Origin: a virus
Length of the DNA stretch: 64,000 nt
Reading direction: 5' to 3' (one strand)
Virus record (IMG/VR): IMGVR_UViG_3300049893_002454
Span: 1-64,000 of that record
Of the stretch, positions 30,346 through 39,176 are shown piece after piece (position 1 is the first letter of the stretch; every line of letters starts with the position of its first letter). Below the pieces are notes generated by a model. It made no database searches and was not told the DNA's origin. It saw only the letters and a list, made by a program, of their open reading frames with translations. The position numbers and the translations under genes are program-made.

Positions 30346-30746
30346 AGAAGTTTAATAATTGGAATTCCAACCGTTCACAACACAACCGTAGACAACAGTC
30401 CTATCATCGACCATCAGGAAAATTCGATCCTCGTACGGATACATCGTACGAATTGCTGGACTCCTTTACTTTTAGGACTGTAAAGGCAGAGCCAGGAGAG
30501 GATGCTGATAGATTAATACGCAGATTCAAGCGCGTAGTAGAAGCATCAGGAGTATTGTCTGAGATAAAGAAGCGTGAACATTTTAAGAGTAATGGACAAA
30601 AGAAACGCGAGCGACAAATGAAGTCTATAAAGAATGCTAGAAAGCGAAAGGCAAAATTAGATAAGATGGATTTTGATTCTAAGAAGATTAATACCCGTCC
30701 AAATCCTCAGCGCAGACCAGCGCAATCAGAAAGTCAGACGCAATAA
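30342..30746 (+). CDS. rpsU: Ribosomal protein bS21 with N- and C-terminal extensions
   Basis: GEDADRLIRRFKRVVEASGVLSEIKKREHF..KKR core. Confidence 0.8.
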   Translation: MKKFNNWNSNRSQHNRRQQSYHRPSGKFDPRTDTSYELLDSFTFRTVKAEPGEDADRLIRRFKRVVEASGVLSEIKKREHFKSNGQKKRERQMKSIKNARKRKAKLDKMDFDSKKINTRPNPQRRPAQSESQTQ

Positions 30747-30830
30747 TCGATATTATTAGTAAGGTGCTTGTATTCATAGAGGGCGCAGCAAGATTTGCCC
30801 ATGGAAGTAGTAGACATGGGAGAATAACGC

Positions 30831-31418
30831 ATGGCAGTGGAAGAGGTATATCAGGATAATATAGAAGTTACATGTATTGAAGACCAGAGGACTATAATGC
30901 TCACTGGAGAGATAGATGAGGCCAAGGCACAACAGTTTATCGCTCATCTACTGATGCTAGCAAAGCAAAACCCATTAGAACCAATCACTATATTTATATC
31001 TACGTATGGCGGCGATGTGCATGAGATGAATGCAATATATGCCGCTATGCGGTTTATTAAATGCCCCATTCATACTATCGGTATAGGTAAGGTGATGAGC
31101 GCGGGCGTCTTAATACTAGCCTCTGGTGACAAGCGCTCTCTTGCAGAAAATACGGTAGTGATGATGCATCAGGTTAATGCCGAATTATACGGAACAGTAT
31201 CTGATTTATCGAATGAGGTACGTATCTCCAAAGCTATGCAGGATAATATGTATAAGCTATACTCCAAGCATACTGGCATGTCAGTGAAGCAGCTCGAAGT
31301 AGATCTTAAATCAGATAAATATCTTACTGCGCAGGAAGCCGTAGAATATGGCGTTGCAGATGAGATTTTAAATCATTACCCTGCTGCCACAAAAATCAAG
31401 AAGAGAAGACGTAAATGA
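30831..31418 (+). CDS. clpP: ClpP protease proteolytic subunit
   Basis: ISTYGGDV, MSAG (Ser), MMHQ (His), SDKYLTAQEAVEYG (Asp). Confidence 0.9.
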   Translation: MAVEEVYQDNIEVTCIEDQRTIMLTGEIDEAKAQQFIAHLLMLAKQNPLEPITIFISTYGGDVHEMNAIYAAMRFIKCPIHTIGIGKVMSAGVLILASGDKRSLAENTVVMMHQVNAELYGTVSDLSNEVRISKAMQDNMYKLYSKHTGMSVKQLEVDLKSDKYLTAQEAVEYGVADEILNHYPAATKIKKRRRK

Positions 31419-31894
31419 TTAGTCGGATAGCTGCCTTTATTATTACAGCACTATTTTCACTGCAGCCGAAAGCGCAAGTTCAAATAGACTGTAAGTTTAT
31501 GAATCGCGTTCAATCGGAAATAGACATACGTATATGTTCATCTCAACAATTAAGCAATCAAGAATTACTATATATTATACACACAGTAGAACGCACTCCT
31601 TCTGCATATGCTGAATTTAGAGGTAATGTACGTCCATTTATACCATTGATAGTTAATATTGCCATAGTAGATATGGGTGACGTTGCTTTTAGCGAATCTG
31701 TAGATAATAATGTGATGGGATTATACTATCCTGGAGATAATAGACTGTATATCACTAGAGAATCACTTAAGGAAGAGGGGAATGTTGTTGCTCATGAATT
31801 AGTGCATCTGATTAACTACCACCTCGGTATATCAGACGTTAATCTAGATGAGAGATTGGCGTATGAATTTGAGGTCTTTTTCAATACTAGATAG
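31415..31894 (+). CDS. Exported HExxH metallopeptidase-like protein
   Basis: Signal-peptide-like N-terminus; GLY, VVAHELVH, downstream E..A. Confidence 0.55.
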   Translation: MISRIAAFIITALFSLQPKAQVQIDCKFMNRVQSEIDIRICSSQQLSNQELLYIIHTVERTPSAYAEFRGNVRPFIPLIVNIAIVDMGDVAFSESVDNNVMGLYYPGDNRLYITRESLKEEGNVVAHELVHLINYHLGISDVNLDERLAYEFEVFFNTR

Positions 31895-31903
31895 GAGATC
31901 CAG

Positions 31904-32221
31904 ATGTATGGTGGGCTCATGCTCGGATGCCATGGCTGTAGAAAGTTCGGATTTTCTATATGTAAAGGTACTAAAAATAAAATACTAGATTTGTCACAAT
32001 TGCAGAGCAAAAATCCAGAAGCACTTACGCATTTTGATAATCACTATAAGGTATTCGAACAAGTTCTACAGGATAATAATGCTATTTCGAGTTTGCTGGA
32101 ATATATTATAAGAAATGATTTAGTGCAAGATCATATAAAGAAGCTGTTGTATGACTATAGAAGCATGCATAAGCCGTGCGGATTATATGTTTATATAGAG
32201 ACGGATATGGAGTTTATGTGA
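31904..32221 (+). CDS. Hypothetical protein with Cys/His motifs
   Basis: CHGC...HKPC; AGGAG SD. Confidence 0.6.
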   Translation: MYGGLMLGCHGCRKFGFSICKGTKNKILDLSQLQSKNPEALTHFDNHYKVFEQVLQDNNAISSLLEYIIRNDLVQDHIKKLLYDYRSMHKPCGLYVYIETDMEFM

Positions 32222-33015
32222 ATTCTTCAGATGAATCTGATATACTAGATGAATTTTTTGATATATATGGCAAGTACCTAGAGTTACAACGTGCAATAGA
32301 AGTATGTAGGCCATACTTCTATGCTGCTGGCGGAGCAAAAACAGTCGATGACTTAATATTCATAGCAAGAGAGTACGCTACTGTAATCAATTCTCTGACA
32401 GCTAGACACAGAGAATTGCTTACCTCGCCGCATATAATGGAATGGATGGGTGGTCAGATAGGTTCGATAGCGGAATTTTCATCAAATCTATTTTGGCCGA
32501 AACCAGACAATCAAGATGACCAATTATTGTATGCCGATTTCTCAAACTATGTACTAAATGCACTCACATCAGATAATAACACTAAGCCTAATTTATTTCA
32601 TGGACGTGAGTGGCATATAGTAAAGCATGATGAGAGCTTGAGTCGGGTTACCTTAGTTTGCCGCAACAAAGATACTCTAGAGTGGAATGGAGCATATGCG
32701 CGATGGGATGAAGGGCGATTATGTCAAGTTGGATTCTATGAAAATGACGTACCGATATTCATAATTCACATATATAATGAGGGCGCATGCGAAGTAGTAT
32801 GTCGCCCACCGCCCCAAGAGCTTATGCTGACAACGCAAAACATTGATCAAGTAGATAGTGATAATGGTGATGCTGATGATGAGTCCAACTACGAGTGGGG
32901 TACAACATTAGCTGCTGCTTTAGGGGGCCTGGTATTAACATCAATAATAAAGCAAAGCAAGTCTGATAAGAAACAGATTAAAAACCGCAAAGTTATGCAG
33001 AAGCAGATAGTGTAA
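32218..33015 (+). CDS. Hypothetical protein with MORN-variant-like segment and C-terminal membrane anchor
   Basis: NGAYARWDEGRLCQVGFYEND; acidic linker, hydrophobic helix, basic tail; GGAG then GTG start. Confidence 0.6.
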   Translation: MNSSDESDILDEFFDIYGKYLELQRAIEVCRPYFYAAGGAKTVDDLIFIAREYATVINSLTARHRELLTSPHIMEWMGGQIGSIAEFSSNLFWPKPDNQDDQLLYADFSNYVLNALTSDNNTKPNLFHGREWHIVKHDESLSRVTLVCRNKDTLEWNGAYARWDEGRLCQVGFYENDVPIFIIHIYNEGACEVVCRPPPQELMLTTQNIDQVDSDNGDADDESNYEWGTTLAAALGGLVLTSIIKQSKSDKKQIKNRKVMQKQIV

Positions 33016-33016
33016 T

Positions 33017-33580
33017 ATGTCATTAAAGAAAGATAAGACGAGTGCAAGTAAAATAGCGAAGTCAGCCAAGGTATTATGCAAGACTAAATGTGGGCGCAAG
33101 GGTGCTGTGGCAGACGGCTGGTGCTCAATATGCTTTGCTAAATATCAAAAAGGCAGGTTTACTTCTTCAGGAGAAATACATCCGGATGTAATACGCAAAC
33201 AGCGTATGATTGAAGAGAAGAAGAAAAAGCTAGAAGTCAAGCGCGCAAAGCGAAAACTTAGCATCATCAAAGAAGAACTGTCTAGCAAGCTAACATCATC
33301 AAAGCTAAAGATCCTAACAGAAAATTATCCAGATATGAATAAACCTAAATACTGTAAGTCTCTAGAATTCTGGACTTCAGATACAGTATGCTATTCTCGC
33401 TTATTTGTGACAAATAACAAGAAATGTGTAAAATGTAAGGTACATGATTCATCATTGGAGAATTTATTACAATTAACGGAGTGTGACTATGACGAAACCG
33501 CCGCGACTACCGCCACCAAAGATCAACACACAGCAAGCGACGCAATCAACACAGACAAATCCAGTACAGCCACCCTCTAA
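33017..33580 (+). CDS. Basic Cys-rich hypothetical protein
   Basis: CKTKC, CSIC, CVKC. Confidence 0.6.
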   Translation: MSLKKDKTSASKIAKSAKVLCKTKCGRKGAVADGWCSICFAKYQKGRFTSSGEIHPDVIRKQRMIEEKKKKLEVKRAKRKLSIIKEELSSKLTSSKLKILTENYPDMNKPKYCKSLEFWTSDTVCYSRLFVTNNKKCVKCKVHDSSLENLLQLTECDYDETAATTATKDQHTASDAINTDKSSTATL

Positions 33581-33911
33581 TGAGGCCGAGGTAAAGGAGA
33601 AGCTGGAGAAGGCAAGAGTGGCTCTTCAGCATGCTATATTAGCATACAAGGATTTGTTACAGAAGACCCAGCTATCCGCAAATAGATCTACTGAAGATAC
33701 TCGTCTAAGAAATAAGGTGATTGTTGATATACATGATTTGTCTGGTCAGCTGGATTTCTTAAATGCAGGAGAGGGTTTGATGACAATGTGCATTACCGCA
33801 CTACACTCTAGCTTACTATTAAAGGATGAAATCAACGATCTGAAGTTTCAAAATGCTATTTTAAATAAGAAGATTAAATCTATAGCTAGTGATAAAGAGG
33901 TTTCTGGGTGA
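33483..33911 (+). CDS. Hypothetical coiled-coil protein
   Basis: ORF; helical composition. Confidence 0.6.
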   Translation: MTMTKPPRLPPPKINTQQATQSTQTNPVQPPSNEAEVKEKLEKARVALQHAILAYKDLLQKTQLSANRSTEDTRLRNKVIVDIHDLSGQLDFLNAGEGLMTMCITALHSSLLLKDEINDLKFQNAILNKKIKSIASDKEVSG

Positions 33912-34483
33912 ATGGATGGCTCTCTGAAGATGAGAATAAAGCTATACGCAGCCAATTAGCTCAATCATTGTCGTTTGAGTCTGTTGCACATAGATACTCT
34001 AGTCATGTAGAATCAGTTAATTCAGTTTCATGGACACATAAATGCACATGCCCTTTCCACAAAGGTGGCAGTGAACGGACCCCCTCGCTTAATTTCTCAG
34101 ATACAGAAAAGACATTTTTTTGCTATGGCTGCTCTGCTAGGGGCGATATATTTGATTTTATAGGAATGATTCGCGGTTCACCGGGAAGCGCAGTAGCAGA
34201 TAGATACCGTGAATCAAAAAACATTTCAATAGACTTATCCGCTACTAAAGTTACGAAGCCAAGAATAAATATCCACGAGTTCAATATTCAATTAAGTGTA
34301 GCATTTAGAGATTACCTTTCTTCATTGAGTGACTATTTGACATTATGCGCTGAGATCGAATGGGCAGAGAGTGTATTTAAACGCATAGACGAGCGATTTT
34401 CCAAGTTGACTGATGAGGATGTCGACCAAGTTAGAAATTTTTCATCACAGATACTAGTTGAGCTTGAACGGAGAAGGATATGA
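33908..34483 (+). CDS. Stand-alone CHC2 primase-type zinc-finger protein
   Basis: CPFH...ERTPS......FFCYGC..RGDIFDF; no TOPRIM domain. Confidence 0.85.
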   Translation: MNGWLSEDENKAIRSQLAQSLSFESVAHRYSSHVESVNSVSWTHKCTCPFHKGGSERTPSLNFSDTEKTFFCYGCSARGDIFDFIGMIRGSPGSAVADRYRESKNISIDLSATKVTKPRINIHEFNIQLSVAFRDYLSSLSDYLTLCAEIEWAESVFKRIDERFSKLTDEDVDQVRNFSSQILVELERRRI

Positions 34484-35703
34484 GTGTAAAGTTAGGCGTG
34501 ATAGGAGATGTTCATTTAGGTGCCAATCAGTGGGCCGGTAGACAACATCCTTCTTTAAATGTCAATACTAGATTAATAGACTATGCCGAGACACTCGATA
34601 TTACGATAGATGAGATGGTAGTCTCAGGTGTCACAGAAATTATATTTACTGGCGATATCTTTGAGCACAGGTTCCCATCAATTGTTCAACAAAAGATATT
34701 CTCACAAAGCCTACATCGTGCACTTTCAAATGGTATTGAGCGCATTCATATTGTAATTGGAAATCATGACCAGCAGCGAATTCATGACACCACAACGTTG
34801 TCCTACCTTAAAGAATTAAACTTACCAAATATACGCGTATATGATGAGATGTCACTGCAAACTATAAAGTGGTTCGACAAACCCATTGCTAATCTAATAC
34901 TTATGCCATATCGAGATAGATTATGGTTAGAGCAGGATACGCATGCCGGGGCTATAGAAGTGCTTCAGTCGAACCTAAATGCCATCATGTCCATAAGAAA
35001 CAATATACTCCCTACTATTCTCATTGGTCATATGACTATTGAAGGCACGTTCGTAGATGAAGGCTATAAGGATATGTATGGGGAAAATCAGCTAACATTG
35101 CCAAAAAGTATGTTTGATGGCATAAACGTTACAATTATGGGTCACATACACAAACCAGATATTATTAGCGATTCCCCGTATATCGCTTATATTGGCTCAA
35201 TGGAAAAGCGCGGCGGTTTTGAAGATCATGATAAATTATATGCAATCATAGACTTAGAAACCGCCAATGTGGAATATCGAAGGGAGCCATGTAGAAATAT
35301 GTGGGACATGTCTCTAGACTACACATCTCTTATTGTCGGCGAGCAGTTGATGGACAGAGTGCGTTCTGACATAGCCCATTATGCACAGCATCATGAATTG
35401 GCCCACAGTATAGTGCGTCCAGTTATTAGAATCTGTGCAGAAGATGAGCAGTTTCTCGATTCACGCTCTGTCATTTCCCATTTAAAGGATATGTATCATG
35501 TACACTTCTGCACAGAAATTAAGCCGGAAATAATGACATCACGCCAATCAAGAGATGATAGAATTACAGAAGATATCTCTCATGTGCATGCATTGCGTAT
35601 GCATCTAGAAAATTCTATCGAAGATGCCGACATGCGTCGGCTACTCATAGATGCTGGGGCAGAGATAATACGTGCAACAGGAGATGGAAATGCTCCCCAT
35701 TAG
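34480..35703 (+). CDS. sbcD: SbcD/Mre11 nuclease
   Basis: GDVHLG, TGDIF, GNHD, GH, MGHIH. Confidence 0.9.
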   Translation: MSVKLGVIGDVHLGANQWAGRQHPSLNVNTRLIDYAETLDITIDEMVVSGVTEIIFTGDIFEHRFPSIVQQKIFSQSLHRALSNGIERIHIVIGNHDQQRIHDTTTLSYLKELNLPNIRVYDEMSLQTIKWFDKPIANLILMPYRDRLWLEQDTHAGAIEVLQSNLNAIMSIRNNILPTILIGHMTIEGTFVDEGYKDMYGENQLTLPKSMFDGINVTIMGHIHKPDIISDSPYIAYIGSMEKRGGFEDHDKLYAIIDLETANVEYRREPCRNMWDMSLDYTSLIVGEQLMDRVRSDIAHYAQHHELAHSIVRPVIRICAEDEQFLDSRSVISHLKDMYHVHFCTEIKPEIMTSRQSRDDRITEDISHVHALRMHLENSIEDADMRRLLIDAGAEIIRATGDGNAPH

Positions 35704-37795
35704 ACTAGAATTACGTAATTTCAAAAGCCACACGCATTCAGTCATAGACTTTAATTTCTCATCTGCTCTAGTTATCGGAGAGAAGTCAGGAGATCCAAGA
35801 AGGTCTAACGGTAGCGGCAAATCATCGCTACTAGAGTCACTATCATTTGCTTTATATGGGGAGTCTGGCGATAAAAGTGCAGATGATGTAGTTAAGAAGG
35901 GGCAAATTACTTGCGAGGTGATATTAGATTTCACTCATGATGGTCAAACGTACCAGATAAAAAGAACACGCAATGCAAAATATTCAAAAATGATTACTGA
36001 ATTTTGGCGTGTTGTCGATGATGGCCGGCGGGAAAAATTACATGGGGACACTAATTCAAATACCAATGCAATTATATGTGATACTATTAAATGTACCTAT
36101 AATGTTTTTTTAAATTCTGTCTATTTTAGACAGGGTTCATTTTTTGACTTTACACAAGGAACATTCTCTACTAGGCAGGCCTTATTAAGTTCATTGTTAA
36201 ATTTAGAAGATTGGGCCAAATATCAGAAGGTTGCTAAGGCAAAATTCGATAGATTAGATGGTGAGATAGAGGCAACTAGGAATAGCCTGCTTCGCTCTGA
36301 GTCGGCAGAGGCTTCATTACGCGCATCGCAAGATGCGTTAATAGATGTCACTACGCAGATAGATGTAATAAATTCAGAAAATGCAGATCTTGAAGGGCAG
36401 ATACTTGCTTTAGAGGAAGCCATCATCTCTGACTCGGATAGGGGTCGTCAAGCCTCAAAAATAAAAGAATTAGAAATTGAACATGCAAGATTAAATAAAG
36501 AACTCAAACGTCTTATTGACATGCGTCATGCCTACGACTCTACGTTAGTCGAATTAAATAGCTCGCTGACCTCACAAAAGAATTCTATAGCAGACAAGGA
36601 AGCCAAGATTGCTACATTAACAAGTGAATTAGCTGATGCAAATATTGATTTGCGTAAAAGCGATATTGTTCGGATGGAATCATCATTAGTTGACGGGAAG
36701 GCGAAGACTAGACAAATACATACTCAAATAGAAACTTTAACTAGCGGAGATCAATGCATCACTTGTGGGCACGAATGGACAGATTTAGGGTCAAAGCAAG
36801 CAGAATTAACATTGAGACAGTCAGACCTTGATTCATTATTGGCAAAAATACAGCGTGCTGAAGGCAAACTAGCTGCGGCAAGGTCAGATCTGGAGAAGAT
36901 ATTAAGGAAATCAGCTGATTTAAAGATGCTACAATTACAGCTACCAGCCCTCAATGATGGTATGAATACCTTGCTGCTAAGGATAGCTTCCACCAGTGGA
37001 CAGCGCTCTGCAATGCTGGAAGACATACTTATTGTCGAGAAAAGACTAGAGGAGACTAGTTCTGCGTTAGGTTCAATTTCAGATTTAGAATTATTAGATT
37101 CATATGCAGAAAAGCTACAGCAGCTTACTGGCAATAAAGATAGGCTTAAGGAAAATGTTGAGCGCGCGCGTGCATTGTTTATGAGGAGCGGTCAGTTAAC
37201 TGCCCAAATTGAGGCATTGCAGTCAGTTCTTGAGTCTAGAAATAGAGAGATTAGTCATCTTGATGACTGCATCAAGCAGGCTACAGTATACGGTCAGTTA
37301 ACTAAGGCTTTCGGTAAGGATGGGGTTCAGGCGATTATCATTGACAATGTCGTTGATGAGCTTACTAGAGCTGCAAATGCATGGCTATCTGAATTCTCAA
37401 GTGAACCAATGCACCTATCATTCGTCACACAAAAGCAGGGAACCAAGGGAGAATGGAAGGAGACATTTGATATTGAGATTAATACGCGAAATGGACCACA
37501 GGCGTGGCACTCGCTAAGTGGCGGGGAGAAATTTATAGTCTCATTTGCGATACGGTTGGCTATAGGCTCGATTCAGGCCCGTAGAATGGGTGGTGCCACA
37601 CAACTGCTTTTATTAGACGAAGTTAGCTCTAGCCTAGATCCATATAATATAGACGTATTTGTTACAATTATTCGTAAACTAGAAAAACATATGAAGATCA
37701 TGGTTATTACTCATGATCCTGCACTGAAGGATGAGTTTGAAACTATAATTACAGTCAAAAGGACGCATTCTGGCAGTGAGGTGGAGATATCATAA
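35690..37795 (+). CDS. sbcC: SbcC/Rad50 ATPase
   Basis: LRNFKSH, NGSGKSS, coiled coil with CITC hook, LSGGE, LLLDE, ITH. Confidence 0.93.
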   Translation: MLPIRLELRNFKSHTHSVIDFNFSSALVIGEKSGDPRRSNGSGKSSLLESLSFALYGESGDKSADDVVKKGQITCEVILDFTHDGQTYQIKRTRNAKYSKMITEFWRVVDDGRREKLHGDTNSNTNAIICDTIKCTYNVFLNSVYFRQGSFFDFTQGTFSTRQALLSSLLNLEDWAKYQKVAKAKFDRLDGEIEATRNSLLRSESAEASLRASQDALIDVTTQIDVINSENADLEGQILALEEAIISDSDRGRQASKIKELEIEHARLNKELKRLIDMRHAYDSTLVELNSSLTSQKNSIADKEAKIATLTSELADANIDLRKSDIVRMESSLVDGKAKTRQIHTQIETLTSGDQCITCGHEWTDLGSKQAELTLRQSDLDSLLAKIQRAEGKLAAARSDLEKILRKSADLKMLQLQLPALNDGMNTLLLRIASTSGQRSAMLEDILIVEKRLEETSSALGSISDLELLDSYAEKLQQLTGNKDRLKENVERARALFMRSGQLTAQIEALQSVLESRNREISHLDDCIKQATVYGQLTKAFGKDGVQAIIIDNVVDELTRAANAWLSEFSSEPMHLSFVTQKQGTKGEWKETFDIEINTRNGPQAWHSLSGGEKFIVSFAIRLAIGSIQARRMGGATQLLLLDEVSSSLDPYNIDVFVTIIRKLEKHMKIMVITHDPALKDEFETIITVKRTHSGSEVEIS

Positions 37796-37946
37796 TCTAC
37801 GCATGAAATACAATAACCTTAGCAAATAGACTGTTAGGCCGGGCCAAGTATAAAGCAGGGTAGTTCCAGTTTTAGATTCTGGAATAGGTTACCTTTAATG
37901 GATGTTTTAAAAATGATTAAAGCAGGATATTTATACAGGTTCGACT

Positions 37947-38282
37947 ATGATACTAAATACAAATTACAAAATATCAGATATAACACTGAATCAATTTTGT
38001 GCTACCATTTCAAAATTGGGATTTGAAGTGGCATTTGACATTTCACTAGAACGCGCCATAAGAGATATTAGAGAGAATCCAAATAGTATTATAATTACCG
38101 AATCACTATCTTGGAGTTATCATCTTAGCCGGCAGGCAGCAGATTCCACTAATCTAGAGTCTAAACGTAAATATGCAGATGCGGCTATATTTTTTAGAAA
38201 ATTAGCGCATCACGTATATTGGGTGGCCGAGAGAGAGCATCTTGTGTGTAGAAATCCAATATTTATACAGGCAGTTAAATGA
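37947..38282 (+). CDS. Hypothetical protein
   Basis: ORF with ATGA coupling to the next gene. Confidence 0.55.
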   Translation: MILNTNYKISDITLNQFCATISKLGFEVAFDISLERAIRDIRENPNSIIITESLSWSYHLSRQAADSTNLESKRKYADAAIFFRKLAHHVYWVAEREHLVCRNPIFIQAVK

Positions 38283-39169
38283 TCATTATATCTCTGTTGC
38301 CATCAGATACAGAAATAATCTCAGGTATACCACAACAGGTTGAGATTTCAACAAATATTCCATCAACCATATATTATACACTAGACGGAACTCTGCCTAC
38401 GCCATTATCTAGTGTATATACCGAAGCAGTTAAGCTACCTACCTCTGTAGGTATGGTGACTGTGAGCGCTATAGCATATTATTTCGATGGCTATGCTACT
38501 GTCCCAAGCGCCGTGCTGACGCAAACGTACGGCACAGATAACACCGATCTTCAGCGGACAAGATATGTATTTTTCGAAGGTATAGTTTACTCATATCCTG
38601 GTGGAGCTGATATTCCATTGTATTATGATTTTGCTGGCGATCCTGTATTTTACATAGATATCCCTCTAAGTGAATTAGATATGATACAACCGGAAACATT
38701 GCCCGACGGTACGATTGTAGGCACTGATAACCAGATTCAACAATTATCACAGGAGTATACTGGATCGATTATCGATGATTCAGTGATCATGCATTCATCG
38801 GCAAACAATCAAACATCAGTCAGAACCGATGCAATGTACTTTCTGATAGATGGCCGCAGTTCTGCTGAAAATAGCCTATCTGTCAATATAATGAATGGAC
38901 CGCATATGTCACTGCGAGATTCTAGAACATTATGGGGAGGGATTGACTATATTTCATTGGGAACATCGGCTTATATTAGCGGATCAGCAACGAGATATCA
39001 TTATAATAGAGATAAAAATGTTATTGTCTTTTCCTACTTCGACTCATCTAGTGGTAGATGGGTGAAGTCAATTCAGGACTTACCGCCCGCACAAACCAAT
39101 TTGCCGCGCCCCCACTTTAGTAACCCGCATGTGTTTAAATGGTTTCAGTACGGCAGACATCAAAGCTAA
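38279..39169 (+). CDS. Protein with chitobiase/FN3-associated-like domain (possibly virion-associated)
   Basis: TIYYTLDGTLPT..S..Y motif. Confidence 0.6.
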   Translation: MIIISLLPSDTEIISGIPQQVEISTNIPSTIYYTLDGTLPTPLSSVYTEAVKLPTSVGMVTVSAIAYYFDGYATVPSAVLTQTYGTDNTDLQRTRYVFFEGIVYSYPGGADIPLYYDFAGDPVFYIDIPLSELDMIQPETLPDGTIVGTDNQIQQLSQEYTGSIIDDSVIMHSSANNQTSVRTDAMYFLIDGRSSAENSLSVNIMNGPHMSLRDSRTLWGGIDYISLGTSAYISGSATRYHYNRDKNVIVFSYFDSSSGRWVKSIQDLPPAQTNLPRPHFSNPHVFKWFQYGRHQS

Positions 39170-39176
39170 GGTAGGT

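Noticed and set aside
30798-30827. Hairpin and 8-codon uORF over the clpP SD (RNA-thermometer-like)
   Set aside because: Only a 6-bp stem; too weak to support without folding calculations or conservation data.
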